NCBI GenBank assembly: GCA_964001175.1
Contig: CAXFAS010000005.1
Location: 1,570-65,569, forward strand
Source of the DNA: an uncultured euryarchaeote
GTDB lineage: Archaea; Thermoplasmatota; Poseidoniia; Poseidoniales; Poseidoniaceae
Direction: 5' to 3'
DNA: 64,000 nt
Shown: positions 31,301 through 40,913 of the stretch, one piece after another
Layout of the letters: every line of letters starts with the position of its first letter
Position numbering within the stretch: position 1 is the first letter of the stretch
Position numbers and translations under genes: made by a program
The notes under the pieces: model-generated
What the model saw: only the letters and a program-made list of their open reading frames with translations
Told to the model about the DNA's origin: nothing
The model's database searches: none

Positions 31301-33454
31301 TTCCCAAGGATCTAATGCAAAGTCTCCTTCACCAGTTAAATCGGTTTGATTGAGTCTAGTATAATGAATTTCTTCACCTGCACTTATATTTGCAGAATCA
31401 ACCCAAGAAATATGGACATTGCTCTGCTTATCAGTAATCAATGCTGGGAAGATAGAATGTCCAGAGAAAGCAGATACTAGGCCTGATGGGCCTTCAACAT
31501 TAGAAATAGGAGTGTCTTGAATTTTCTTAATCGCGTAAGTAGAAAGCCCTTCTTCAGCACCGTCGAAAGCACCTGCACCCTGTAATTTCAGTTTGGTGTA
31601 ATAGACTTCGTAGTTTGTCGCTTTCTCAAATCCATAATCTCTTCCATCCATCCAAGCAATATGTGTATTGCCTTGCATGTCAACCCCAATTGCTGGGTGG
31701 AATGAATAAGCATCATCGATAGTAACTCTAGTATCGTTTACAACTACTAAATGACCATCTTCACCTGCACCTGTATCCTCATAATATGTTCCACCACTAA
31801 CTGAATGGCCTGGAGCACCTGGAGTCCAAGATGGATCGTTGTTCATCTTAGCATATGGGTCTAAAACAGACATGTAAATTTCACGGGAGTTGTTGGTAGC
31901 AATGTAAACCATTGCTTCGACAAGAAGAGCCATTGCCCCTGCTCCACCGCTTCCAGATGGGAATTCATATGCTTGCCCACCTGCGCTTACTGTTCTTGCA
32001 TTGGTAGTAGGGTCATTACCCGGACAGTTTCTGTTTTGAGTTGAAACTACTCCGTTTGGACACTTAACCAAATCCAAGAAGTGTGATTGTATATTTCCTG
32101 CTCCTCCGTATCCTTGTCCATAAAGACCGATTGGAACAACGCCTGCTTTAACACAATTATCGTGTGCTTCGTCGATTGAACTTATGTCATCTGCTTGTTG
32201 AGAAGGATCTCCATCTTTTGGCCCTTCATCGGAGACTGGTAGAACAATCTTAGTGGAATTTGGGTTCCATTTGTGATCTGCAGATGTTGCTGGGTTTCCT
32301 GGAACATTACCATTAATATCTTTCCAAGATAAACAAGCCCAATTTGTTCCTGGCCCCCAATCCTCTCCAGAATTACCTGAGTATGGATTGCCGTTGTAAA
32401 TTGTATTCTGTAGAGAACGAATACCACCGGAACTATCTCCCTCATCTAGAGGTGTTGACCTAGGTCCTGAATTCATATTATATCCTGCGCAATTTCCACT
32501 GCTTGCTGCACCAGGTAGACCCCAACCGCCGTCTAATCCGTAAATGGTTTCAAACACAGTCATGTTAGCGACTTCAAGCAGTGGTTTAATTCCTTCAAAT
32601 TGACCACCTGAAGCGAAATTACCGCCATAAATAACAGTACAAATATCAGCCCATTCAGTGTACATAGATCCTGATGTATCAACGATGAATACCAATTCTA
32701 CTTTGCCACCTCGAGTATCATCCCAAGCGATTTGAACTTGGTCATTTGCATCGACAACAATGTCAGGATGTCCTTTGTGCCCAATAATTGGAGTAAGTAG
32801 GGTGTCGTCGAAAAGAACGATTGCGTCCTGTGCAATCATATCTGGCTGAAGCATCGAATAATAGATTTGAGGTTGATTAAAGAAACGTCCTAGTTCGTCA
32901 AATTCATCTTCCCAAGCGATGTGGACATTTCCTTGACTATCTGTATCAATTGAAGGCCAATCTCTGTCCTGGGCTCTTTGAGAAACTACCAAGTCATCAA
33001 TAGAAGTCAAAGATGCATCATCACTTGCCATTCCGTTAAATGGTTGTACCTTGAAAGGAGATATTGCAGTATACATAATCTTGTGAGTACCAGATTTATC
33101 AGTCCAGACTATGTGTAGATTATCATCTTCATCTATAGCCATATCAGGGTGCCAAATTTTGTGTATACCAGCATTGGTGATTTGTGTTGCATCAATCAAA
33201 ACTTCACCATCACTAGCAATCATTGAATAATAAAGATGGAGATTATTTCTAGACCAGACAACGTGGGCATTACCTTCGCTGTCAGCAACAATAGTAGCTT
33301 GGGTATCCGAAGCCGAACCTCCATCGACGATTTGCTGAGGTTCAGTAATTACTACTGTATTCGCTGAAACGGGTGCTGCGGACATTACAAAGGCAGACAT
33401 TACTGAAATTAACATTATTGAAACTAAACTTATTGACTTGATTTTACGGCTCAT
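28319..33454 (-). CDS. Large cell-surface protein (propeller-like repeats, VWA domain, Ig-like/CARDB domains, C-terminal TM)
   Basis: Signal peptide; repeated D..G..H(I/V).W; FIVDTSGSM MIDAS; ITNNGN..D Ig motifs; VDPMNEIVEANEGNN CARDB. Confidence 0.85.
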   Translation of the reverse strand: MSRKIKSISLVSIMLISVMSAFVMSAAPVSANTVVITEPQQIVDGGSASDTQATIVADSEGNAHVVWSRNNLHLYYSMIASDGEVLIDATQITNAGIHKIWHPDMAIDEDDNLHIVWTDKSGTHKIMYTAISPFKVQPFNGMASDDASLTSIDDLVVSQRAQDRDWPSIDTDSQGNVHIAWEDEFDELGRFFNQPQIYYSMLQPDMIAQDAIVLFDDTLLTPIIGHKGHPDIVVDANDQVQIAWDDTRGGKVELVFIVDTSGSMYTEWADICTVIYGGNFASGGQFEGIKPLLEVANMTVFETIYGLDGGWGLPGAASSGNCAGYNMNSGPRSTPLDEGDSSGGIRSLQNTIYNGNPYSGNSGEDWGPGTNWACLSWKDINGNVPGNPATSADHKWNPNSTKIVLPVSDEGPKDGDPSQQADDISSIDEAHDNCVKAGVVPIGLYGQGYGGAGNIQSHFLDLVKCPNGVVSTQNRNCPGNDPTTNARTVSAGGQAYEFPSGSGGAGAMALLVEAMVYIATNNSREIYMSVLDPYAKMNNDPSWTPGAPGHSVSGGTYYEDTGAGEDGHLVVVNDTRVTIDDAYSFHPAIGVDMQGNTHIAWMDGRDYGFEKATNYEVYYTKLKLQGAGAFDGAEEGLSTYAIKKIQDTPISNVEGPSGLVSAFSGHSIFPALITDKQSNVHISWVDSANISAGEEIHYTRLNQTDLTGEGDFALDPWEIIPVTTWASNKLGTDTGSRPDLGMPPAFANDLGSGAHIGWSDQNKCNSEQNNGRYTICYSHVLTGQVDVELDTGETFYHVIEPGEQTIFNMTMNNSTPGDKQLVADTYGLNITGVPQNWTATLFFADNQTQIMPTTPIFLEGGESTRFYIRVKAPTIYQANEDELAQIVVTAKSYKDPAIRSDLTTLTLMDVVHGISLDTSHSVQDIEQGGQATFSITITNTGNVQDSFLFWDPNTLEGQQEWLLPFGWEVTFPMRVELDPGTSTTKILTVKVPTSEDPGAFVIYLKGWSEGEPIKSVDKGTYDILELGIFVSIKSSGNIVFEATDSEAFVKAGDPNLACHEYEVPITKNYDSGDLVFTLPGAPEARPSEVDENTWRQDNWEVSVDFRDAPGTNDPLSQPRSWTIQPGQDYVQHTVYVEVCAPDNAKAGIGPTIILKAYLDGYPKISDFIKLDTTVIHEFDLDAETNLSSDRIISVEGANGATVSAYSVYPGEKITLPTTVTNNGNGPDRYDYRLATVIDPSGVPVRNGHWDIVIPRDSLQELSRGTQQTFDVLMNVPETDIGAGLYTIVFQTYSEEPYPDEQGRNTKLRDVQTMLVYVNEFYDMEISMDPRVDNPTKTSAPGKFVSFTVNITNNGNVEDWPSLDNHTAESSGNDLIMQQIPGMSQLQGWSVEWRNVVQIGNDLTTDEACITIDTPMPEESSDEYTSWLTQLEEAQDGGKCAYIAPNDIYMMPKMSPYQTYEMVAVVKISTEAKLDTRYIGLKVVSKAGDMTEGGDFDSSPSWQGEMLDSNELVLQLRLKAPDLVIKEIINPASFSGDIDSTIPIGIILQNVGNTHATDIEIVLCQYDDANDADIEKEIELNGCDEDSIVMRQIVGALLGKDASGVQEVEIYLLYPVVAGSKGVYVVVDPMNEIVEANEGNNIKAVTEPLESPSPFFDVAGQVIGKTALPFVVILLTLSLLGVVYFVGKGRRAEVNKRLSEQSSLISVLESKE

Positions 33455-33551
33455 AAAAACACCTTGGGTTGATATAACGAATTAACGATACTCTTCTAAT
33501 ACTTAACCGCGACTCTTTCAGGTCACAAATTATGGTTCGTAAAAATTAGCA

Positions 33552-34196
33552 TTAAGCCCATTCTGAGGGGTCGAAACTTGATCCAAATGACATCTTTTCA
33601 TCAAATTCAATTTCAATTTGTTCTGATTCATCTTTTTGTTTTGAGCTTGATTCTTTATTTTGTATATCATGCTTCTTTTTCGCCCAATCATCAACAGGAC
33701 CTGGTTTACCTATTCCAGGGCCATAAGAATACTTTATTTCATGAATTAATCCCAATTTAGCCAACCATAGTCTTCGCAGACAATGCATGAATTCATTCTT
33801 ATTTAATCCATCAAACCATAATGGTAAACTTACATTGAATGCTTGCAGAGGACCAGGTTTCTGTTCACCTTCATGTCCCATATGTATCCCCCAGTCAACG
33901 GATGCACGAATAAGTTGTAATCTACCCTCATGAATCCACTCAGCCCAGCCTTCAGAATCTTCATCCATGTGTTTCTTCATTTCTTTTTGTTGCCCCATGT
34001 CGACTCTTGTCATACTCGAGATTGCAACTAAATCTCTATTCTTTGGAACTACAACTGCAAACATATGCCCTTGGGGGCCTTGCGGGTATTTTATTAGAAT
34101 ATGCGCAACTGCTCTAGGATCTTCTTGTTCTTTAACGATTAAACGTTCATTGCTAAGCCACTTCCTAACAGTAGCTGCTACATCAACAGGCGTCAC
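33552..34196 (-). CDS. Conserved archaeal protein (DUF2299-like)
   Basis: VRKWL..E.L, LWFDGLNKNEFM. Confidence 0.6.
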   Translation of the reverse strand: MTPVDVAATVRKWLSNERLIVKEQEDPRAVAHILIKYPQGPQGHMFAVVVPKNRDLVAISSMTRVDMGQQKEMKKHMDEDSEGWAEWIHEGRLQLIRASVDWGIHMGHEGEQKPGPLQAFNVSLPLWFDGLNKNEFMHCLRRLWLAKLGLIHEIKYSYGPGIGKPGPVDDWAKKKHDIQNKESSSKQKDESEQIEIEFDEKMSFGSSFDPSEWA

Positions 34197-34243
34197 AAGT
34201 AGGCCAACCCTTCATCCTGTTTGAAGCAAACCCATAAAAAAAA

Positions 34244-35875
34244 TTACATTTTCTTAATTTCTTGAGTCAGATTTTTCATTAAACCCTTCAAGTTATGTCG
34301 ATCTGCTTTGGGCATTGTTCTTCTTCTGACAAAGTTTCTTAGATATGTATAATCATCCCATGCTAAAGAACCCAATTTCCCTGAAAGCCAGAATACTGGA
34401 AAGCATACTAGCCAAAATATAACGATTGACAATGAATTGAATAAAACTCCAGAACCTAGAACCTCGGTCCAATTAAAACCAACCAAATTTGTCAAATTTG
34501 ATTCTTGGAAGTATCCAATTAAGACAATTATTGTCGAGGCTATTGGCCAGAATATTAATGATCCAAACATTGATGCTAAGAATTGGTAAGAAGTTCTAGC
34601 ATCTACCCCCTCATCAGTAGAATCGCCAAGCAATCTCCCAAGTGCAACTTGAGGCCCTAAGGACAATAAAAAGATAGGAAGTAATAACATAAATGCTGAA
34701 GTTCTAAGAAGAGAAAGCGGTAAGTGCGTAATATTTGCGAATCTTATATCGTTTCCTTTAGAATTTAAATCACGGCCATCTAAACCGTTCTGATGAAGAA
34801 TATTTGAAGCACTGATTGCAGGTTTAATGAGTTCATGTTCAATCAATTTAGGTTTTGGCTCATCGTTGACAATTGACTTTTTTGGTTCGACGATTATCTC
34901 TCTAATTTCTCTAGCCGCTAATACTTCATCTTTCCAGGATTTCGGTTTACCTCCAATAATTCTCCTACTCAGATGGCCCAATAAATGTAGAGCTCTGTGT
35001 TCTTCCCACTCTGCAACATTAGGAGTTAATGGTTCCATTTCCAATCTTAATCTATCTCTCAAATTGAATACATTTTCTGCAGGGGGTTCAGACCAATTCC
35101 CTTCTGAAACCGCTTCAATTAGTTCATTAGGAATATCTGATTTTAAAATTTGAATAGGTTCGCCATATTCTACCCAAACATCGGTTCGGAAGTATTCTCT
35201 TACACGAAAATGTAGACCAATCGGAATTAATGCTGGAAGTTCTTTGCCAAGTGAACTAGCTAGGGCACCGGCTGCTAATATCGTTCTAACAGGTCCTGTT
35301 CTAAACCTTATCATGTGAGAATTATTATGGCTAGTACCTTCTGGAAATAGAACGCATCCAAAACCATTAGCAATTCCTGAAGAAAGGGTCAGTAATGAAC
35401 GCCCATTGAGAAAATTTGCTTCTTCTTCAGAGCACCCGCCTCGTAACAATTCAGCCTTTCTAACAACTGGCTGAACTGCCATTTTCCGAGTCCACCACCC
35501 TAGCATTGGTCTGGTGACCAAATCATGCCTCGCGCCAAAAACAAAGTGTTTAGGATGATTCAAAGTAATTTCAAGTGCGTCTAACAATCCGTTAGTATGC
35601 CACGCACAACAAAGAGTCCCTCGGTCTAATGGTATACTGTGTCGCCCAGATGTTTCTCGAGTTCTAAATTGTACAGCACTAATTCTTCTACAAATCCAGT
35701 ATAGTATTTTTGTCCAAAAATATGAGCCAGGCGTGGAACCTGAGTATTTTGGCATTGGAGTGTCGAGTAATTTGCCCATTTTCATATTCTTTGCAGATTT
35801 AGAAAGATACGGTAATGCATCGCCTCTATGGTCTAAAACTCCATCGTTTAACTCTTCAGGATTAGGGTGTTTCAT
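34244..35875 (-). CDS. Glycerolipid acyltransferase (LPLAT superfamily)
   Basis: HTNGLLD, QPVVR, FPEGTSH, PIGLHF..FRT..V.YGEPI; C-terminal TM segments. Confidence 0.85.
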   Translation of the reverse strand: MKHPNPEELNDGVLDHRGDALPYLSKSAKNMKMGKLLDTPMPKYSGSTPGSYFWTKILYWICRRISAVQFRTRETSGRHSIPLDRGTLCCAWHTNGLLDALEITLNHPKHFVFGARHDLVTRPMLGWWTRKMAVQPVVRKAELLRGGCSEEEANFLNGRSLLTLSSGIANGFGCVLFPEGTSHNNSHMIRFRTGPVRTILAAGALASSLGKELPALIPIGLHFRVREYFRTDVWVEYGEPIQILKSDIPNELIEAVSEGNWSEPPAENVFNLRDRLRLEMEPLTPNVAEWEEHRALHLLGHLSRRIIGGKPKSWKDEVLAAREIREIIVEPKKSIVNDEPKPKLIEHELIKPAISASNILHQNGLDGRDLNSKGNDIRFANITHLPLSLLRTSAFMLLLPIFLLSLGPQVALGRLLGDSTDEGVDARTSYQFLASMFGSLIFWPIASTIIVLIGYFQESNLTNLVGFNWTEVLGSGVLFNSLSIVIFWLVCFPVFWLSGKLGSLAWDDYTYLRNFVRRRTMPKADRHNLKGLMKNLTQEIKKM

Positions 35876-36311
35876 TAAAATCACCTCTCAATTTAGATGC
35901 TAGGATATTCAGAGACTCATGGTCCGCATTCTCCCCAATAGAACGGTTTTCAGGCCACATTGACATTAACGTCAACCCACCGTCGCCAAGAGTTCTTGGA
36001 ATTACATGGACATGGACATGCGGCACTTCTTGTCCTGCCTTCTCGCCATCGTGAACGCATATAGTGAAATCTTCGGTCTGGAAATAGTTTGATAAAATAG
36101 ATTGAACTCTTTTCAACCCAACAAATAATTCCGAAACTTCATCATCTAGAAGTTCCGAAATATGCTTCACTCCGCGTTTAGGGACTACTAATGTATGGCC
36201 TTCTCTGCGCGGAAAAATATCTAGGAATGCGAACCATGAATTTCCTTCTGAGACTTTGTGGCAAGGGATTTCTCCTGCGATGATTCTCTCAAACAAGGTT
36301 TCTCCGCTCAT
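35862..36311 (-). CDS. HIT-family hydrolase
   Basis: AFLDIFP..GHTLVVPK, GQEVPHVHVHVIPR. Confidence 0.92.
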   Translation of the reverse strand: MSGETLFERIIAGEIPCHKVSEGNSWFAFLDIFPRREGHTLVVPKRGVKHISELLDDEVSELFVGLKRVQSILSNYFQTEDFTICVHDGEKAGQEVPHVHVHVIPRTLGDGGLTLMSMWPENRSIGENADHESLNILASKLRGDFNETP

Positions 36312-36343
36312 AGACAAGCCAAAGCGAGAGGGTTTTTGATATC

Positions 36344-37966
36344 TCACTGTGGAGTGAGAATCCAATTCCCCGTCTCGCTCTTTCTCAGAGCGAGGGTTCC
36401 GATTTTACCATCATTATCAACGGTTATGTGATGTAATAAATCTGAATCTTGCTCTTGGAAATCATTTCTTTGATGAAGGCCTCTGCTTTCATTTCTTGCC
36501 AAACTAGCCCTTAGAGCACACTTCAACAATCTTATGCCTGCCTGAGTTTGAAGCATTGAAAGCATGTTGGTATTGGCAATCAAAGACTCTTGGTCTAGAT
36601 GTATAGAATCTGCAACAATTGTCAACTCTTCTAAGGATTCAATTAATTGACTATAAGATTCTGAATCATTATCGTTATTGGCATAATTCAATGCAATTTC
36701 TCTAAGTTTACTTGATACTATGCCGATCCTAACAACGCTGTCATTTCCGTCTTTGTTAGCAAAGCGAGAATTATGATTAGAGTTTGCCATTTCCAAGGAT
36801 TCTTTGATTAAATTGGCGCCTGAGAATTTACTACTACTAGACCAATTTCCGGCATGCTGGCCTGCAGAATTTCCACCGGCTAAAGAATCAAGTAATCGAT
36901 TTCCTTGTAGTAGTCCTGCTCCATGAAGCCCTGAACAAGCAGCGTCTCCGGCTGAATATAATCCTGTAAACCACCGCGACCATTTGCCAATAACAACTCT
37001 ACCATGCTCATCGATAGGCAAACCACCAAGTGTTGCATCGACCTGATTTTCAAGTGCCACTGTTTGTTTTGAAATATCAATACCTGTTCTTTGTTTGATA
37101 TTTCTAAAAATTGTATTCCACCACTTGGACTGCTCGCCCATTTCTCTAGCATCTAAAACAACTGTTCCGGAGTCATTAGAAATTTCGCACATCTCAATAA
37201 CTGTTTCAGCTTCAATCGGAGTCCCGTCTACTTGATGTATTGTGGCCCCGGAATTAATCATACCAAATGGTAAAATCATGTTAGTATCTTTAACAGAAAG
37301 AGGAGATTTGGAAATAAATTCCATTCCTCTTAGCGGTACTCCAGAACGAAGTGCTAGGTCCATCCCAATATTTGCCTTACCATTAGAAAATACCTCTTCA
37401 AAGCCACCGTCTGCAAGGATTATCGCCTTGCATTGAATTGCAACAAAATTTCCATTGACTAAATCGGCAGTGATAACTCCGCATACACTATTGTTATTGT
37501 GTACAAGTGAAATGGGAACTTGATCTCCTCTTCTCACAACACCATATTTCATACATTGTTCTTCGAGTACCTGTTGTATCTCTTTACCCATGCCGTCACC
37601 TGAATTTACAATTCTAGGTTTAGAATGTCCGATCCCCATATGTGCAACAGGTAAGCCTTTGGCATCACGCTGAAAAATTACCCCCCAGCGCTCTAATAAG
37701 TCCATTTCTTTAATCGCTTGACTCGTTCTAATCGATACTATGTCTTGGTCACAGAGATATGAACCTGTCAGTATTGTATCCTCTCTGTGCCCCTTATTAT
37801 TGGATTCTTGAATTGCAGAAGAAAGTCCATCCGTAGCAAATGAACTCCCATCTCCCAGTGCATTTGGAGATACCATTAGAGTTTGGGCTCCTTGCTTGGC
37901 GGCTGAAGCCGCTGAACGCAGTGCAGCGGGGCCATCACCTATGACTAAAACATCCCATGCTTCCAA
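36344..37966 (-). CDS. SdhA/NadB-family flavoprotein with degenerate active site
   Basis: DVLVIGDG, LADGG, GLYSAGDAACSGLHGA, ARNESRGLHQRND; TTG start after GGTGA. Confidence 0.8.
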   Translation of the reverse strand: MEAWDVLVIGDGPAALRSAASAAKQGAQTLMVSPNALGDGSSFATDGLSSAIQESNNKGHREDTILTGSYLCDQDIVSIRTSQAIKEMDLLERWGVIFQRDAKGLPVAHMGIGHSKPRIVNSGDGMGKEIQQVLEEQCMKYGVVRRGDQVPISLVHNNNSVCGVITADLVNGNFVAIQCKAIILADGGFEEVFSNGKANIGMDLALRSGVPLRGMEFISKSPLSVKDTNMILPFGMINSGATIHQVDGTPIEAETVIEMCEISNDSGTVVLDAREMGEQSKWWNTIFRNIKQRTGIDISKQTVALENQVDATLGGLPIDEHGRVVIGKWSRWFTGLYSAGDAACSGLHGAGLLQGNRLLDSLAGGNSAGQHAGNWSSSSKFSGANLIKESLEMANSNHNSRFANKDGNDSVVRIGIVSSKLREIALNYANNDNDSESYSQLIESLEELTIVADSIHLDQESLIANTNMLSMLQTQAGIRLLKCALRASLARNESRGLHQRNDFQEQDSDLLHHITVDNDGKIGTLALRKSETGNWILTPQ

Positions 37967-38037
37967 TTCAATTCACCCGTTGAGATAAGCCAACAATCGG
38001 TTGGCAATAAGTAAAGCGCTTTATTGACTTGATGGCT

Positions 38038-39582
38038 TCAAGAAAATTCCACATTTGGTATAGCTAATTCTCCGATTTTTCTAGCCTTTTCGAGACGTTT
38101 GATTCTTTCACGCGTATTATCAGCAGAATTAGATTCAACAAATGTTGTCAAAACTAGCGATTCAAGAATTATTCCATCATCATCTCTTAAAATAACTTGA
38201 ATATCTGAGCGGCCATAGAATTTCCTATTCCATGCAACATTTATCCACAAAACTACTCCTTTCTCCAAGTATCTAGGGATCCAGTCTAGAGCGTCTTCAT
38301 CAGTGGAATTAGAGAGCTTGATTTCTTGCCGAGGAGGTGGGCAGGGCTTTAATTCAAAACGATGATCGCGAGATTTTGGCTCTCCATTTGGAACTAAAAC
38401 CTCTACCTTAACATGCCTTGACTCAAATGTTTGATTATTTAGAGAAATAAATAGGTTGGCTGAACCATCTATACTTTTCTCATCAATAGCAGCATCCATT
38501 CTCCACTTCGCTCTAATCAACTCTGGTTTTCCTGAAAGTAAATCGTTTTGTAAACGATCTAGGATATAAAATGCGCTAGGTTGCCACGCTTTAGCATGTG
38601 AAATTAAACGTTGCAATGTTCGCCAATTAAACCTATTTTCCTCGATTAGCAAAATTTGTTTAACTGAATTTCTTTTCATAAAAACAGATAATTCTTCAGG
38701 AACTCTATGTGTTTTCAAAACATCTTCATTGTGGAGATATAAGACATACAATAATCTCTCCAATGCCTGTCTTTTATCATATCCCGGGATCAGAGATTTT
38801 TCAAATTGTTCTTTCCAATCACACCATTCTAAGTATAAGTCTGGATCTAAATGTGTCACAAGTAAGTCTCCAAGAATGCTTCCTAATTGCGTTGGATGGT
38901 GCGTAGGTGAATGAAAAACTAAATTTGGAAATTTATCTCCGAGTTGGCGTACATAATCCAATGTATGTTGAGCGTGGAAGGTGTATAAAAATCCTGAACT
39001 CATTGCTATAATAAGGGCTAAATTCCAGGCTACTGAGCCAGGTGGAGGAGATAACGATAATAGCATCAAACCTAGGGAAAGTCCGATTAAAACTGTACTA
39101 ACTAGATTATTTCGTCTGTGGTCTCTAAGCCCATCTAAAATACGATCCATCCCCGGTTGTACTCTCAATGCATGCTTACTACCATTGCTAAAACCGCCCT
39201 GCTCTCTTAGTGAGAGTCTTGCTTGCATTGCATGCCATGCGGATTCACTGGCGATAATACTTGGTAGTGTTGCAAGTAATATTGGCACTGGTAATATAAA
39301 CACTAAGTTCAAGTTTTGTGAAATTTGTTGTGGGAATAAAACTCCAAGAAGTGAAAAAAAAGCTAATGTTAAACCTGCTATAGAACGCCAAAAAAGTAGA
39401 AAATTATTACGAGTAATATTTCCAACTAATTGTCTTCTTTGTTCTAACTTTTCCCACTGCCGGCGGGTATGTTCTAGAGGGTCTTCGATTCTCTCAAACC
39501 CGTGCCCATAAGGGTCAGGTAATTCGAGACTTTGAAAGTCTTCTGACTTGTTACTCTTGGCCATCTTAACAATACCGCTCAC
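38038..39582 (-). CDS. Hypothetical membrane protein (4 TM plus large soluble domain)
   Basis: 514 aa ORF with four hydrophobic helices. Confidence 0.7.
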   Translation of the reverse strand: MSGIVKMAKSNKSEDFQSLELPDPYGHGFERIEDPLEHTRRQWEKLEQRRQLVGNITRNNFLLFWRSIAGLTLAFFSLLGVLFPQQISQNLNLVFILPVPILLATLPSIIASESAWHAMQARLSLREQGGFSNGSKHALRVQPGMDRILDGLRDHRRNNLVSTVLIGLSLGLMLLSLSPPPGSVAWNLALIIAMSSGFLYTFHAQHTLDYVRQLGDKFPNLVFHSPTHHPTQLGSILGDLLVTHLDPDLYLEWCDWKEQFEKSLIPGYDKRQALERLLYVLYLHNEDVLKTHRVPEELSVFMKRNSVKQILLIEENRFNWRTLQRLISHAKAWQPSAFYILDRLQNDLLSGKPELIRAKWRMDAAIDEKSIDGSANLFISLNNQTFESRHVKVEVLVPNGEPKSRDHRFELKPCPPPRQEIKLSNSTDEDALDWIPRYLEKGVVLWINVAWNRKFYGRSDIQVILRDDDGIILESLVLTTFVESNSADNTRERIKRLEKARKIGELAIPNVEFS

Positions 39583-39632
39583 AAGGTCCTAGGCTTTACT
39601 TCTTGCCTTAAAATTAGAAATAAACTGTCAAA

Positions 39633-39706
39633 CGGGCGCAGCAGGATTTGAACCCGCGATCTTCGGCTTAGGAGGCCGATGCATTATCCAACTATGCTAC
39701 ACGCCC
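39633..39706 (-). tRNA. tRNA-Arg(CCT)
   Basis: GGGCGTG/TGCGCCC acceptor stem, TCGGC-CTCCTAA-GCCGA anticodon arm, GGTTCAAATCC T arm; CCA not encoded. Confidence 0.95.
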
Positions 39707-39743
39707 AAACGGTCCAACCAACTTCATGTCATGAGCATTACGA

Positions 39744-40865
39744 TTATTGTTTTGAAAGTTCAGCAACATCCATAAAGAATTTTTCTAGTTCAATACGAGG
39801 TTGAGAAGTTTTTTGAATAGCAACTTCGCATTTCGCTAATGATATTATTAATTTTGAAAGTTCAATGTCCTTCAAATGAATCCTTCCCTCGGTCATTAAT
39901 TTGTGCAAATGCTTGACAATGTCTTCGGCTTCAAGGCTTTGCTTATCCATTATTTGATCTAAAACTCCCATTGCTCCCTTGAGGACTCGAGTATTCTTAT
40001 TACCGATTTTCTCCCATTTCCAGTCATGAACTCTACCCCTTATTGCTTCTTCTAGCATTAGTTGTATCTCTCTATGTGCAGAAGATGAAATTACATCTTG
40101 AAGATTTTTTCTCGAATCCAACATACCTCTGAGGTATAGAACTTCTAACAGGAATATTGCCTTACGGATATTACCATTTGCCACGTGAGCAATATCTCCT
40201 AGAATGCCTCTAGCTGGATTTAGGCCTTCTTGTATCGAAATCTTCTCTAATAGATTTTCTATTTCTTGGCGACTTGTTCTAGGCAATCGTATATGCTGAG
40301 TTCTGCTCCTTAAGGCTTCAATTAATCTCGAAGGGGTAGTAGTGGTGAAAATAAATCTTGCACTGTTACTGCTCTTTTCCATCATTCTTCTAAGGTATGA
40401 TTGTCTAATATTGCCTAAGTAATCGGCATCTTCGATTACAATTATTCTAGAAATAGGGGTACTTTGCGGGTCTTTTACAGATTCAAAACCGGCAGGTGGC
40501 CCTCTATCATCTTGAACTTTTACTAGGCCAGAGTCATATGCATCTAGGCTTGTTCTACCAGCTAGAGTATCTTTTGAAGAGGTCCCTTCAGGGCGTAAAA
40601 AGGACTCAAATTTACCCATAGCGCCACTAGTTCTAGAAAGATCTTTGGCGTTTAGAATATGGGTTGTAGACTTGTGCGATGGCCCTAATACCTGTCTTGC
40701 TATTAGTCTCCATATTGCAGTTTTACCAACACCAGACGGACCTGAAATTAGTAAATGAGGCGGATTAGACTGTAATGATACCTTTTCTATACTGTTTATT
40801 ATTTGGTTTGGCAATAATAAATCTTGGAAAAGAAAAGGTGACTTTGTCTCTAACCAAGATGGCAT
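39744..40865 (-). CDS. Replication factor C small subunit-like AAA+ ATPase
   Basis: PHLLISGPSGVGKT, LNA.D, IEDADYL..Q..LRRMME, ALRSRT, GNIRKAI. Confidence 0.85.
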   Translation of the reverse strand: MPSWLETKSPFLFQDLLLPNQIINSIEKVSLQSNPPHLLISGPSGVGKTAIWRLIARQVLGPSHKSTTHILNAKDLSRTSGAMGKFESFLRPEGTSSKDTLAGRTSLDAYDSGLVKVQDDRGPPAGFESVKDPQSTPISRIIVIEDADYLGNIRQSYLRRMMEKSSNSARFIFTTTTPSRLIEALRSRTQHIRLPRTSRQEIENLLEKISIQEGLNPARGILGDIAHVANGNIRKAIFLLEVLYLRGMLDSRKNLQDVISSSAHREIQLMLEEAIRGRVHDWKWEKIGNKNTRVLKGAMGVLDQIMDKQSLEAEDIVKHLHKLMTEGRIHLKDIELSKLIISLAKCEVAIQKTSQPRIELEKFFMDVAELSKQ

Positions 40866-40913
40866 GATGAGTGTTGTATGTCGAAGGTCTTTCAACCCTG
40901 CGCGGAACTAATT

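Noticed and set aside
36344-37966. Calling this gene nadB or sdhA
   Set aside because: Catalytic His, Glu and Arg residues are missing and no sdhBCD or nadA is adjacent
38981-39511. Long antisense ORFs here and at 42805-43296, 57781-58341 and 58956-59393
   Set aside because: Shadows of well-supported genes on the opposite strand with Ser/Ile/Phe-rich antisense composition
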